This document shows, piece after piece, positions 38,439 to 48,804 of a stretch of 64,000 bases of DNA. The translations under genes and the position numbers were made by a program. The notes beneath the pieces were generated by a model. That model was not told where the DNA came from. It saw nothing but the letters and a program-made list of their open reading frames with translations, and ran no database searches. Each line of letters opens with the position of its first letter. Positions within the stretch are counted from its first letter, which is position 1. The stretch is from a bacterium (GTDB lineage: Bacteria; UBA8248). Where the stretch lies: the NCBI GenBank assembly GCA_965204535.1, contig CBDBEV010000001.1:2240001-2304000 (forward strand), read 5' to 3'.

Positions 38439-39827
38439 TTACGCCCCCGCCACGGTGAGGCGGATGAGCTTTTCCGCCTTCTCTTGCGCCTCCAGCGTGC
38501 GGCAGGTTTCGATGATTTCCCCGTAGCGCGGCTCCGGAATCGGCAGCCCCGGGGCGATGCCACAGATGCGGTTCACGAGTTCGTCGAAGTTGAAAATGAA
38601 CTCCCGCCCGGTGGCCTGTCTGGTGAAGACCCCTCTTTCTTTGGTGAAGATACTCACCCTGGGGGCGAAAAGCCCCATATCGCGGGAGGGGATGATTCTC
38701 ACCCGCTCCATCATTTCGAGCACCTCGGGCGGGTCGTCCTCGCCCGGTGGTTTGTTCAGCAGCGGATAGCCGCGCTTCACGACGCCGAAGGCCGCATAGT
38801 AATGCGTGCCGCCCGGTCGCGGCGCGCCGTCCTCGCGGCGGTTCGTGAAGGCGGGGCTCGGGTACTGCGTCTCCAGCCAGTTCACGAGAGTCTCCACGCG
38901 CTCGACCTCCTCAATGCGGATGTCGTTCTCCTCGCAGAGGCTCGCCGTCACGTCGATGTGGGCCAAGTTGTAGCCCGAGGTGGAGTAGATGCGGAACAGT
39001 GTTTCGAGGAACAGCCACTCCTCCCCAAGCCCCTCGGTGATTTTGCCCAGGCTCGTCCTCGCCTCGCCCGTGAAGCTGTACGTGAGGCGGCCCTCGTTGT
39101 TTCCCGTGTAGGCGTGATAGAAACCGGCTTCGCCCTCCAGCACCGTTTCCCCGCCGGCGTGGCCCCGCTCGGCTAGGGCCACCGCAAGGAGGGCGTTTCG
39201 CACCGCGCCGCCTTCTCTGAGCGCCTGCCCGCCGCTGCGCGGGCCTTCGAGGTTTCCGCTCGCGAGACTCGCGCAGAGCGCAACCGTGCTGTTCAATTGC
39301 TCCTCATCCAGTCTCATGATCTTCCCGGCGGCGACGGCGGCCCCGAAAATCCCGAAGACGGGACCCGCGTGAAAACCGCGCGACATCACCGTGGGGATGA
39401 AGTCCGACGCGAGGCGCTCCATGACTTCATAGCCCGCGGCGACGCCCGTCAGAAAATCCGCCCCTGAGGCGCCCCTCGTTTCCGCCGCTGCCAGGGCGGC
39501 GGGGATGATGGAGGTTCCCGGGTGGGTGAGCATTCGGAAGGTGTCCCACTTGCCGCCCGCCAGAGCCATTTCTGCGTTCGCAAAGGCGGCGCCCCCTTTC
39601 GTCGCTCCGGCTCCGCTCACCATGATGGTCGCGCCGCGATGAACGCCTGTTTCTTCTTCTGTGATGAACGCGACGGCCCTGCGCCCGTCTTCGGTTCGAG
39701 AACCCAGAAGAGCGGAACCGATGGCTTGTAAGGTAACGCCCTTGGCGCGGTCGACGACTTCTCCCGGCAGATCCGCGAAACGAAGCCCCGCCGCCCACCT
39801 CGCGAGAGTGCGGCTTAAAGACGCCAT
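38439..39827 (-). CDS. MmgE/PrpD family protein
   Basis: Start moved to ATG 39827; LRFADLPGEVVDRAK, AAFANA, THPG..IIPAALA, GYEV, RGFH. Confidence 0.88.
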   Translation of the reverse strand: MASLSRTLARWAAGLRFADLPGEVVDRAKGVTLQAIGSALLGSRTEDGRRAVAFITEEETGVHRGATIMVSGAGATKGGAAFANAEMALAGGKWDTFRMLTHPGTSIIPAALAAAETRGASGADFLTGVAAGYEVMERLASDFIPTVMSRGFHAGPVFGIFGAAVAAGKIMRLDEEQLNSTVALCASLASGNLEGPRSGGQALREGGAVRNALLAVALAERGHAGGETVLEGEAGFYHAYTGNNEGRLTYSFTGEARTSLGKITEGLGEEWLFLETLFRIYSTSGYNLAHIDVTASLCEENDIRIEEVERVETLVNWLETQYPSPAFTNRREDGAPRPGGTHYYAAFGVVKRGYPLLNKPPGEDDPPEVLEMMERVRIIPSRDMGLFAPRVSIFTKERGVFTRQATGREFIFNFDELVNRICGIAPGLPIPEPRYGEIIETCRTLEAQEKAEKLIRLTVAGA

Positions 39828-39932
39828 CTTGGTGGTCTTCCCGAAGGTGCAGGATGCGCACCGCGGATGAGCGATCGCCTGGCCTGCGGGGGGTTGATGG
39901 GGGGAATTCTGATCATGAAAACGGCAATCCTC

Positions 39933-39970
39933 GAAACATGGGTGAAACAAAACAGAAACGACAATTTAAC
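39933..39970 (+). promoter_or_regulatory. Four 11-bp-phased direct repeats (OmpR/GlnR-box-like) upstream of urtA
   Basis: GAAAC at 39933, 39944 and 39955, TTAAC at 39966. Confidence 0.55.
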
Positions 39971-40102
39971 CGAACCGCAAGATTCCCGCAAAGAAACCTC
40001 TCTATATTTCCATTCTGTCATCGAAGATTTTCTGTGTTCGTTTTGTTTTCAGGCCGCAAGAGACGGCCGCTTTTACAGAGATAAGAAGGGGAGACTGAAA
40101 GA

Positions 40103-41431
40103 ATGAAGAGTAAGAAGAAGTTGATCGGAGCAGAAAAGCTGTCCCGCAGGAGGTTCCTGAAGAAAGCGGGAGCGATGGGACTCGGCGCCGCGGCGATGAG
40201 CGCGCTTCCGTTCCCGAACGTGATTCGGGCGGCCGAGCCCATCAAGATAGGGGTTCTGCACTCTCTGAGCGGAACCATGGCGATCAGCGAGGTTTCGCTG
40301 CGCGACGTGGTGATGATGGCCGTGGAGGAGATCAACTCGGCGGGCGGCGTGATGAAGCGCCCCATCAAGCCCGTGGTCGTCGACCCGGCTTCTGACTGGG
40401 ATTTGTTCGCCGAGAAGGCGAAGCAGCTTCTCCTGAAGGACAAGGTGGACGTGACCTTCGGCTGCTGGACGTCGGTGAGCCGCAAATCCGTCCTTCCCGT
40501 GTATGAGAAGAACAACGGCCTGCTCTTCTACCCGGTGCAGTACGAGGGCGAGGAGTGCTCGAAGAACGTCTTCTACACGGGCGCGACGCCGAACCAGCAG
40601 TTGATTCCGGCGGCGGATTACATGATGAGCGAGGACGGCGGGGGATTCAAGAAATTCTACCTGCTCGGCACCGACTACGTGTTCCCGCGCACGGCGAACA
40701 AGATACTCCGGGCCTTCCTGCTGGCGAAAGGCGTGCCGGCTGCGAACATCATGGAAGAGTACACGCCCTTCCACCACCAGGATTACCAGACCATCGTGGG
40801 CAAGGTGAAATCCTTCGCCTCGGGCGGCGACGCCGCCGTGCTCAGCACCATCAACGGCGACAGCAACGTGCCCTTCTACAAGGAGTTCGCGAACCAGGGG
40901 CTGCGCTCCGAAGACGTGCCCATCATGGCGTTCAGCGTGGCCGAGGACGAGCTGCGCGGCATGGACTCGAAATCGCTCGTCGGGCACCTGGCGGCCTGGA
41001 ACTACTACCAGTCGATCGACACGCCGCAGAACAAGAAGTTCGTCAAGAACTTCAAGACCTACTGCAAGAAGATGGGCCTGCCGGGCGGTGCGAGCCGCGT
41101 GACGGACGACCCCATCGAAGCGGCCTATCTCGGCGTCTACATCTGGAAGCAGGCGGTCGAGAAAGCGGGCACCACGAAGGTGGACGACGTACGCAAGGTG
41201 GCTTACGGGATGGGTTTCGAGGCGCCGGGCGGATTCAAGAAGATCGACGAGAAGAACCACCATCTGCACAAGCCCGTGCTCATCGGCGAAATCCTCAAGA
41301 ACGGGCAATTCGAAATCGTCTCGCAGACGAAGGGCCTCGTGGCGCCCGAACCCTGGAGCAAGTACACGAGTCCGGACAAGAGCTGTGACTGGGTAAATCA
41401 CCAGGGAACGTATAAGAAGTCTGCCACCTAG
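40103..41431 (+). CDS. urtA: Urea ABC transporter substrate-binding protein
   Basis: Tat signal SRRRFLK; IGVLHSLSGTMAISE, GCWTSVSRKSVLP, YPVQYEG, GTDYVFPRT. Confidence 0.97.
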   Translation: MKSKKKLIGAEKLSRRRFLKKAGAMGLGAAAMSALPFPNVIRAAEPIKIGVLHSLSGTMAISEVSLRDVVMMAVEEINSAGGVMKRPIKPVVVDPASDWDLFAEKAKQLLLKDKVDVTFGCWTSVSRKSVLPVYEKNNGLLFYPVQYEGEECSKNVFYTGATPNQQLIPAADYMMSEDGGGFKKFYLLGTDYVFPRTANKILRAFLLAKGVPAANIMEEYTPFHHQDYQTIVGKVKSFASGGDAAVLSTINGDSNVPFYKEFANQGLRSEDVPIMAFSVAEDELRGMDSKSLVGHLAAWNYYQSIDTPQNKKFVKNFKTYCKKMGLPGGASRVTDDPIEAAYLGVYIWKQAVEKAGTTKVDDVRKVAYGMGFEAPGGFKKIDEKNHHLHKPVLIGEILKNGQFEIVSQTKGLVAPEPWSKYTSPDKSCDWVNHQGTYKKSAT

Positions 41432-41446
41432 TTGCAAGAACCGCCC

Positions 41447-41471
41447 GGGGGGAGCCGAAGCCGGCTCCCCC
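41447..41471 (+). terminator. Stem-loop after urtA
   Basis: gggggagccg-aagc-cggctccccc. Confidence 0.55.
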
Positions 41472-41543
41472 ATGGGCGGCCCAAAAGAAAAACATGTGAA
41501 TCGCAAATACCGGCGATGTGCCAAATACGGCGAAGGAGGGGGT

Positions 41544-43274
41544 ATGCAGCAAGCCGGCGTTAGGGCGATTCCGCGTGGAGCGTCGGCGCGATCACTCATA
41601 TCTCGCGTCCTTATTCTGGTTTTCGCGCTCGGCTTTGGCTTGGCCGCAAGGGGAGAAGCGCGAACCGAAACGTTTTCACCGGCCATCCAGGCGGAAATCG
41701 CACAGTTAGGATCGAAGAATCGAAAGAAAAGAAGACGCGCTGCCCTCGGTCTCGCGAAGCGCCTCGAGCCAAAGCTGCTACCCCTTCTTTTGGCGCTTCG
41801 CGAGGGCAGCCTTTTTCGCTGGAAGCCTGATTCGGGCGAGACCCGGTTCGTCATCGGCGGAGACGCCGTGACGCGAGACGATAAGGAATACGTTCCCCTT
41901 TTCTCGATTCATGGAAAAAAACAGCTCACCTCCGCAGACGGGAAACCCCTTTTCGTTCCCGATGAACAACTCGGTAAAATCCGCGCCGGCAGAAGAATCC
42001 GCCGCGCCATCAAGCCCTATCTGAACCAGCTCCAAAGCTCGGCGCAGCTCGATTCCGCCGACCCGAACGTGCGCCGCGCGGCAGCCACGCGGATGGCGCG
42101 GGTGGGGGATAAGAACCTCATCCCGCTGCTCGACAAGGTCCTCAAGAACGAGACCCACTGGCTGGGCCGCCATGCGCTCATCGAGGCGAAGGCGCTGATC
42201 CGGTTGAAATCGACGGATCCCGAAGAGAGGCGCTCAGCCGCCGCCGCCCTCGGCGAGATTCACGGGCTGAACGCCGTCTCGGTGCTCCAGCGCCTGGCGG
42301 ATAAGGACGCCGACGCTTCCGTGCGCGCGGCGGCGAGCGAAGCCATCGGGGAGATCGAGGACTACCAGAGCTGGACGGCGACGATCGACACCCTGTTCCG
42401 GGGCATGAGCCTGGGCTCCATCCTGTTGCTGATGGCGCTGGGGCTGGCCATCGTCTTCGGCTTGATGGGCGTCATCAACATGGCGCACGGGGAGTTGATG
42501 ATGCTTGGCGCCTACGCCACCTTCATCATCCAGGGTGTTTTCATCTCGTATCTGCCGCAGAATTACTTCGGCTGGTATTTCTTGCTGGCGCTACCCGTCG
42601 CGTTCCTGGCCTCGGCCCTGATGGGCTGGCTCATGGAGATTTCCATTATCCGACATCTGTACGGCCGTCCGCTGGAGACGCTGCTGACCACTTGGGGGAT
42701 CAGCCTGATTCTCCGGCAAGCCGTCCGCCAGGTGTTCGGCGCGCAGAACGTGGACGTGAAATCTCCCGAATGGCTGAGCGGGGGCTATCACCTGATGGTC
42801 GGCGTCCAGTTCCCCTACAACCGCATGTTCATCATCGCGCTGGCCGTCTTCTGCGTGGCGGGCACGTATCTCTTCCTCTTCCGCACGCGGGCGGGCCTGC
42901 GGATTCGCGCCGTGACCCAGAACCGGGGCATGAGCACTTGCCTGGGCGTTCCTTCCCGCCGCGTGGACGCGGGCACGTTCGCCTTCGGCGCGGGGCTGGC
43001 CGGCATGGCGGGCGCGGCCCTGAGCCAGGTCGGTAACGTGGGGCCCGATTTGGGGCAGAACTACATCGTGGATTCGTTCATGGTGGTGGTGACGGGCGGC
43101 GTCGGCAAGATTCTCGGAACCATCGTGGCGGGCTTCGGCATCGGCGGCATGAACAAGATGCTCGAGCCGGCGATGGGCGCGGTGTTCGGCAAGGTGGTGA
43201 TTCTGGTTCTGGTGATCCTCTTCCTGCAGAGAAGGCCGGAGGGGCTGTTCGCCGTCCGCACGAGAGGGGCTTGA
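41544..43274 (+). CDS. urtB: Urea ABC transporter permease with N-terminal HEAT-like repeats
   Basis: GVINMAHGE, LYGRPLETLL, YIVDSFMVVV; start uncertain (41544 has a GGAGG RBS; 41472 possible). Confidence 0.93.
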   Translation: MQQAGVRAIPRGASARSLISRVLILVFALGFGLAARGEARTETFSPAIQAEIAQLGSKNRKKRRRAALGLAKRLEPKLLPLLLALREGSLFRWKPDSGETRFVIGGDAVTRDDKEYVPLFSIHGKKQLTSADGKPLFVPDEQLGKIRAGRRIRRAIKPYLNQLQSSAQLDSADPNVRRAAATRMARVGDKNLIPLLDKVLKNETHWLGRHALIEAKALIRLKSTDPEERRSAAAALGEIHGLNAVSVLQRLADKDADASVRAAASEAIGEIEDYQSWTATIDTLFRGMSLGSILLLMALGLAIVFGLMGVINMAHGELMMLGAYATFIIQGVFISYLPQNYFGWYFLLALPVAFLASALMGWLMEISIIRHLYGRPLETLLTTWGISLILRQAVRQVFGAQNVDVKSPEWLSGGYHLMVGVQFPYNRMFIIALAVFCVAGTYLFLFRTRAGLRIRAVTQNRGMSTCLGVPSRRVDAGTFAFGAGLAGMAGAALSQVGNVGPDLGQNYIVDSFMVVVTGGVGKILGTIVAGFGIGGMNKMLEPAMGAVFGKVVILVLVILFLQRRPEGLFAVRTRGA

Positions 43275-43280
43275 TACGCA

Positions 43281-44447
43281 ATGCCGGGTGAAACTTTGGT
43301 GGACAGGATGGAGAAGAAAGTCGGCGGCGTCGTGCTCGTGATCGCGGCGCTGTGGTTCATCGTCGCCATGCCCTCGCTGAACGCCTTCGGGACGCCGGGT
43401 TCGTTTTTCCATGTTTCTGATTTCACGCTCAATCTGTTCGGAAAATTCCTGGCCTACGCCATCTTGGCGCTGGGTCTCGACTTGATATGGGGCTACACCG
43501 GCATCCTGAGCATGGGCCACGGCGTATTCTTCGGCCTGGGCGCGTATTGCATGGGCATGTACTTGACACTCGAGATCGGCGGCGAGGGGGTCTACCAGAG
43601 CAAGCTGCCCGATTTCATGGTCTGGAACCGGGTGAAGGAGCTGCCCCTGTTCTGGAAACCGTTCCACTCGTTCTTCTTCACCACGCTCGCGGTGGCGGTG
43701 GTGCCCGGTATGCTTGCGGCCGTCTTCGGCTTCCTCGCCTTCAGGACGCGGGTGCGCGGCGTGTACTTCGCCATCATCACGCAGGCGCTGGCACTCTCCG
43801 CCTGGCTCGTCTTCAACAGGAACGAGGTGAACCTGGGCGGAACGAACGGCCTCACCAACTTCAAGAAAATCCTCGGCTTCACGCTCACCGAAGCGTCCAC
43901 GCAGCGGGGGCTTTACGTCGCAACCGCGCTCGCGCTATGCGGCGCGTACCTGCTCTGCCGCTGGATAGTGAAATCGCGCGCCGGGAAGATTTTATTGGCG
44001 ATTCGGGACGCGGAGAACCGCGTGCTCTATTCCGGCTACACGCCCGCGAACTACAAGGTATTCGTCTTCACCGTATCCGCCATGCTGGCGGGGGTCGCGG
44101 GCGCGCTGTACGCCCCCCAGGTGGGCATCATCACCCCCGGGCGGATCGGCGTGCTGCCCTCCATCGAGATGGTCATCTGGGTGGCGGTCGGAGGACGGGG
44201 GTCGCTCATCGGCGCCGTGGTCGGCGCTGTCGGGGTGAACTGGGCGCGGAGCTACCTCACGTCGAGTTATCCGGATTACTGGCTCTATTTCCTGGGCGGC
44301 ATATTCGTCCTGGTCGTCCAGTTCTTCCCGGACGGCATCCTCGGCGTGGTGCGCGATGCGCCCCGCAAGCTGGAAAAGTGGGTCCGCCGAACGAATCGCC
44401 CGGCGGCCGGGGATGAGGGCCTTGCGCCTGTGCGCAGCGAGGGCTAG
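43281..44447 (+). CDS. urtC: Urea ABC transporter permease
   Basis: LDLIWGYTGILS, LPDFMVWN, GVYFAIITQAL, SIEMVIWVAVGGRG. Confidence 0.95.
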   Translation: MPGETLVDRMEKKVGGVVLVIAALWFIVAMPSLNAFGTPGSFFHVSDFTLNLFGKFLAYAILALGLDLIWGYTGILSMGHGVFFGLGAYCMGMYLTLEIGGEGVYQSKLPDFMVWNRVKELPLFWKPFHSFFFTTLAVAVVPGMLAAVFGFLAFRTRVRGVYFAIITQALALSAWLVFNRNEVNLGGTNGLTNFKKILGFTLTEASTQRGLYVATALALCGAYLLCRWIVKSRAGKILLAIRDAENRVLYSGYTPANYKVFVFTVSAMLAGVAGALYAPQVGIITPGRIGVLPSIEMVIWVAVGGRGSLIGAVVGAVGVNWARSYLTSSYPDYWLYFLGGIFVLVVQFFPDGILGVVRDAPRKLEKWVRRTNRPAAGDEGLAPVRSEG

Positions 44448-44456
44448 GGGGAAAGC

Positions 44457-45224
44457 ATGACGCTGACGTCGAAAAGCATACTCTACATGGAAGACGTGTT
44501 CGTCGTCTTCGACGGCTTCAAGGCGCTGAACGCGCTCAACTTCAGCATGGACAAGGGGGAGCTTCGCTGCGTCATCGGCCCGAACGGCGCGGGGAAAACG
44601 ACGCTCCTGGACGTCGTGACCGGCAAGGTAAAGCCCGATTCGGGACGGGTCGTATTCAAGGAGAAAACCAACCTCGCGCGGATGCGCCAGGAGGAGATAT
44701 CGAACGCGGGGATCGGCAGAAAATTCCAGACGCCGACGATTTACGAGAACCTGACGGTGCGCGATAATCTCGAACTCTCCGTGAAGCAGGACAAGAAGGT
44801 GACCTCGCTCCTTTTCGGCGGGGCTACGCCCGAGGCGCAAGAGCGCGTCGAGGAGACGCTCGACGTCATCGGCCTCGCTTCGAAGAGCGGCTGGCGGGCC
44901 GGTCTGCTCGCCCACGGCGAGAAGCAGTGGCTCGAGATCGGCATGGTGGTGGTGCAGGACCCCGACTTGCTCCTCGTCGATGAGCCCGTGGCCGGCATGA
45001 CGGAGGGGGAGACGGAGAAGACGGCGGCGTTATTGAGGCGCATCGCCGAGCATCGCTCGGTCCTCGTCATCGAACACGACATGAAATTCGTGCGCGAGAT
45101 CGCCGAGCGCGTCACCGTGCTGCACGAGGGCGCGGTGATATGCGAGGGCTCCATCGACCACGTTCACAAGGACGAGCGGGTGGTCGAACTCTATCTGGGC
45201 AGGGGAAGCGAGGAACATGCTTAG
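44457..45224 (+). CDS. urtD: Urea ABC transporter ATP-binding protein
   Basis: FDGFKAL, GPNGAGKTT, GIGRKFQTP, HGEKQWLEIGM. Confidence 0.95.
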   Translation: MTLTSKSILYMEDVFVVFDGFKALNALNFSMDKGELRCVIGPNGAGKTTLLDVVTGKVKPDSGRVVFKEKTNLARMRQEEISNAGIGRKFQTPTIYENLTVRDNLELSVKQDKKVTSLLFGGATPEAQERVEETLDVIGLASKSGWRAGLLAHGEKQWLEIGMVVVQDPDLLLVDEPVAGMTEGETEKTAALLRRIAEHRSVLVIEHDMKFVREIAERVTVLHEGAVICEGSIDHVHKDERVVELYLGRGSEEHA

Positions 45225-45912
45225 GGTGGACGGGCTGCACGCCTACTACGGGGAGAGCCACATTCTGCGCGGCCTCGACCTCGAGGTGCGTCCCGGCGAA
45301 ATCGCGGGCATCATCGGCAGAAACGGCATGGGCAAGACCACGTTCCTGAAATCCATCGTCGGTCTGCTCAGGCCCAAGCTCGGGAGAATCGAGTTCCTGG
45401 AGCGCAACATCACCGCGTCGAGGCCCGAGGCGCGCGCGAGGCTCGGCGTCGCTTACGTCCCCCAGGGTCGGGAGATTTTCCCCCAGCTCAGCGTGCACGA
45501 GAATCTCCTGCTGGGGCTGGAAGCCCACCCCGAACGCCCCAGATATTATGATGAAAGCGTATTCGAGCTTTTCCCCGTCTTGAAGGAGATGCTCGGAAGA
45601 AAGGGAGGGGTGCTGAGCGGCGGCCAGCAGCAGCAACTCGCCATCGCCCGCGCCCTGGTGAGCGAACCCAGGCTCTTGCTGCTCGACGAGCCGACCGAGG
45701 GCATTCAGCCCTCCATCATCATGGACATCGAGAGCGTTCTGTGGAAGATCAAGGAACGCGGCGACGTAGGAATAATACTGGTGGAGCAGTACCTGGAGTT
45801 CGCCTGGCGGCTTTCGGATCGATACTACGTGATGGAAAAAGGAGAGTTCACGGCCACGGGAGAGGCGCAGGGCGAGTGCGACGCCGCGCTGCTCGACCGC
45901 CTGACCGCCTAG
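45217..45912 (+). CDS. urtE: Urea ABC transporter ATP-binding protein
   Basis: GRNGMGKTT, VPQGREIF, LSGGQQQQLAI, DEPTEGIQPS. Confidence 0.95.
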   Translation: MLRVDGLHAYYGESHILRGLDLEVRPGEIAGIIGRNGMGKTTFLKSIVGLLRPKLGRIEFLERNITASRPEARARLGVAYVPQGREIFPQLSVHENLLLGLEAHPERPRYYDESVFELFPVLKEMLGRKGGVLSGGQQQQLAIARALVSEPRLLLLDEPTEGIQPSIIMDIESVLWKIKERGDVGIILVEQYLEFAWRLSDRYYVMEKGEFTATGEAQGECDAALLDRLTA

Positions 45913-45948
45913 GGCCGCTCGCAGGAGTTTACTGACAGGAGGCAGACG

Positions 45949-46254
45949 ATGCATCTGACCCCGAGGGAGCAGGAGAAGCTCCTCGTTTTCGTTGCGGCGG
46001 AGTTGGCGCAGAAGCGCCGCGCGCGGGGCCTCAAGCTCAATTACCCCGAAGCCGTCAGCATCATCACGGCCGAGGTGCTCGAAGGCGCGCGCGACGGCAA
46101 GTCCGTCGCCGAACTGATGCGCTACGGCGCGACGATTCTCACGCGAGACGACGTCATGGAGGGCGTGCCCGAGATGATTCACGAGGTGCAGGTCGAGGGC
46201 ACGTTCCCCGACGGCACCAAGCTCGTGACGGTGCACGACCCGATTCGCGGCTGA
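45949..46254 (+). CDS. ureA: Urease gamma subunit
   Basis: [32 protein letters not shown]. Confidence 0.98.
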   Translation: MHLTPREQEKLLVFVAAELAQKRRARGLKLNYPEAVSIITAEVLEGARDGKSVAELMRYGATILTRDDVMEGVPEMIHEVQVEGTFPDGTKLVTVHDPIRG

Positions 46255-46264
46255 AGGAGAGGGC

Positions 46265-46636
46265 ATGATACCCGGCGAATACATTCTGGCGGAGGGCGAG
46301 ATCGTCCTGAACGAAGGGCGCGAGACCGCCACGCTCCTCGTGGCGAACCGGGGCGACAGGCCCATACAGGTGGGTTCCCACTTTCATTTTTTTGAAGTCA
46401 ACCGCCTGCTCGATTTCGACAGGAAGGCGGCGTTCGGCATGCGGCTGGACATCCCGGCGGGAACGGCGGTGCGCTTCGAGCCTGGCGATGAGAAGGAGGT
46501 GACGCTCGTCGCCTTCGGGGGGGCGCGCACCGCCATGGGGCTGAACGCGCTGACCGAAGGCGCGCTCGACTCGGCCGCCGTGCGCGAGGGCGCGATGGAG
46601 AAAGCCCGCGCCGAGGGATACGGGGGGACGGACTGA
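46265..46636 (+). CDS. ureB: Urease beta subunit
   Basis: [29 protein letters not shown]. Confidence 0.98.
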   Translation: MIPGEYILAEGEIVLNEGRETATLLVANRGDRPIQVGSHFHFFEVNRLLDFDRKAAFGMRLDIPAGTAVRFEPGDEKEVTLVAFGGARTAMGLNALTEGALDSAAVREGAMEKARAEGYGGTD

Positions 46637-48348
46637 TGGCTTTTCGAATGGACAGGCGCGCCTACGCCGACATGTTCGGCCCCACGGTGGGGGACAAGGT
46701 GCGCCTCGCGGACACCGAGCTTTTCATCGAGGTCGAAGAAGACCGCACCGTCTACGGAGACGAGTCGAAGTTCGGCGGCGGCAAGGTGATCCGCGACGGG
46801 ATGGGCCAATCCCCCACCGAGACGCGCGAAGCCGACGCGCTCGACCTGCTCATCACGAACGCGCTGATCCTCGACTACTGGGGCGTGGTGAAGGCGGACG
46901 TTGGCGTCAAGGACGGAAAAATCGTCGGGGTCGGCAAGTCGGGCAACCCCCACCTGATGCATGGGGTGGATATGACTATCGGCGCCGCCACGGAAGTCCT
47001 GGCGGGCGAGGGGATGATTCTCACCGCGGGCGGCATCGACACCCACATCCACTTCATCTGTCCCCAGCAGATAGACGAGGCGCTTTCCTCGGGCGTCACC
47101 ACCATGTTCGGCGGGGGAACCGGCCCCGCCACGGGCACGAACGCCACCACCTGCACCCCGGGTGCGTGGAACATCGCCCGGATGCTCCAGGCGGCGGAGG
47201 CCTACCCCATGAACCTGGGCTTCCTGGGCAAGGGGAACGCCTCGCGCCCCGAGCCGCTTATCGAGCAGATCCGCGCGGGCGCGGTGGGGCTGAAACTCCA
47301 TGAGGACTGGGGAACCACGCCCGCGGCGATCGATTGCTGCCTCGGCGTGGCGGAGGATATGGATGTGCAGGTCTGCATCCACACCGACACGCTCAACGAA
47401 TCGGGCTTCGTCGAGACCTCCATCGCCGCGTTCAAGGGCCGGACCATCCACACCTACCACACCGAAGGGGCGGGCGGCGGCCACGCGCCCGACATCATCC
47501 GCGTGTGCGGGGAGGCGGGCGTGCTGCCCTCCTCGACGAACCCCACGCGCCCCTTCACGGTGAACACGGTGGACGAGCATCTCGACATGCTGATGGTGTG
47601 CCACCACCTGGACAGCAAGATTCCCGAAGACGTGGCCTTCGCCGAGTCCAGAATCCGGGCGGAGACCATCGCGGCCGAGGACATTCTCCACGACATGGGC
47701 GCTTTCAGCATGATGGGTTCGGATTCCCAGGCCATGGGCCGCGTGGGCGAGGTGGTCATCCGCACCTGGCAGACGGCGGACAAGATGAAGCAACAGCGCG
47801 GCGCGCTGGCCGAGGAAAGCGGCGCCAACGACAACTACCGCGCGAAGCGCTACGTGGCGAAATACACCATCAACCCCGCGGTCGCGCACGGCATTTCCGA
47901 TTACGTCGGCTCTATCGAGGTGGGCAAGATGGCGGACATGGTGCTCTGGAAGCCCGCCTTCTTCGGCGTGAAGCCCGAAGTCGTGGTGAAGGGCGGCTTC
48001 ATCGCCCATGCGGCGATGGGCGACCCCAACGCTTCCATCCCCACCCCACAGCCCGTTCTGGGCCGGCCCATGTTCGGTTCGATGGGACGCGCGGTCGGCG
48101 CGACTTCCTACGCCTTCGTCTCTGGGGCGGCGGCGGAAGATCGACTGGGCGACACGCTGGGTCTCACCAAGATCGTCGCCCCCGTCTCGAACTGCCGCGC
48201 GATCGGCAAGAGGGACATGCGGCTGAACGACGCCCTGCCCGCGATCGAGGTCGATCCCGAGACTTACGTGGTGAAGGCGGACGGGGAGACGCTCACGTGT
48301 GAGCCCGCCGAGGTGCTCCCCATGGCGCAGCGGTATTTTCTTTTCTAG
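46636..48348 (+). CDS. ureC: Urease alpha subunit
   Basis: Ni-site motifs [38 protein letters not shown]; [10 protein letters not shown] end. Confidence 0.99.
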   Translation: MAFRMDRRAYADMFGPTVGDKVRLADTELFIEVEEDRTVYGDESKFGGGKVIRDGMGQSPTETREADALDLLITNALILDYWGVVKADVGVKDGKIVGVGKSGNPHLMHGVDMTIGAATEVLAGEGMILTAGGIDTHIHFICPQQIDEALSSGVTTMFGGGTGPATGTNATTCTPGAWNIARMLQAAEAYPMNLGFLGKGNASRPEPLIEQIRAGAVGLKLHEDWGTTPAAIDCCLGVAEDMDVQVCIHTDTLNESGFVETSIAAFKGRTIHTYHTEGAGGGHAPDIIRVCGEAGVLPSSTNPTRPFTVNTVDEHLDMLMVCHHLDSKIPEDVAFAESRIRAETIAAEDILHDMGAFSMMGSDSQAMGRVGEVVIRTWQTADKMKQQRGALAEESGANDNYRAKRYVAKYTINPAVAHGISDYVGSIEVGKMADMVLWKPAFFGVKPEVVVKGGFIAHAAMGDPNASIPTPQPVLGRPMFGSMGRAVGATSYAFVSGAAAEDRLGDTLGLTKIVAPVSNCRAIGKRDMRLNDALPAIEVDPETYVVKADGETLTCEPAEVLPMAQRYFLF

Positions 48349-48357
48349 GAGGCGGCG

Positions 48358-48801
48358 ATGATCCTCGTCGAAGAAATTCGGGGCAGGCTCTGCGCGGATG
48401 AGAGCAGGCGCGTCGAGCGCGTGGCCCTGGGCTGGGAGGACAGGCTCAGGAGCCGCCAGCGCGTGTGTTCCGACTCGGGCACCGAAATCGGCGTTAAACT
48501 GCCGACCGGGCAGCCTCTGAGAGAGGGCGACGTTCTCTTCGAGGACGAGGAGCGCGTGGTGGTCGTCGCCGCGGTTCCCGAAGACGTGCTCGTTCTCTAT
48601 GCGGATTCACCTCTCGAGATGGGCCGGCTCTGCTATCAGGTGGGAAACCGCCACGCGCCGATCTGCGTTCAGGACGGCCGCGTCCTCACGCCCTACGACT
48701 CCGTGCTGGAGGCGTATTTCGTCAAGATGGGCGTCAGGTGCGAGAAGGCGAAAGAACCCTTCACGCACGATTTCGGCGCCTTTCACTCACACCACCACTA
48801 G
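48358..48801 (+). CDS. ureE: Urease accessory Ni chaperone
   Basis: LREGDVL, YQVGNRH, His-rich end HSHHH. Confidence 0.93.
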   Translation: MILVEEIRGRLCADESRRVERVALGWEDRLRSRQRVCSDSGTEIGVKLPTGQPLREGDVLFEDEERVVVVAAVPEDVLVLYADSPLEMGRLCYQVGNRHAPICVQDGRVLTPYDSVLEAYFVKMGVRCEKAKEPFTHDFGAFHSHHH

Positions 48802-48804
48802 AAG

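Noticed and set aside
39830-40100. sigma54 or NtcA site expected upstream of urtA
   Set aside because: No TGGCAC-N5-TTGC or GTA-N8-TAC match found by eye.
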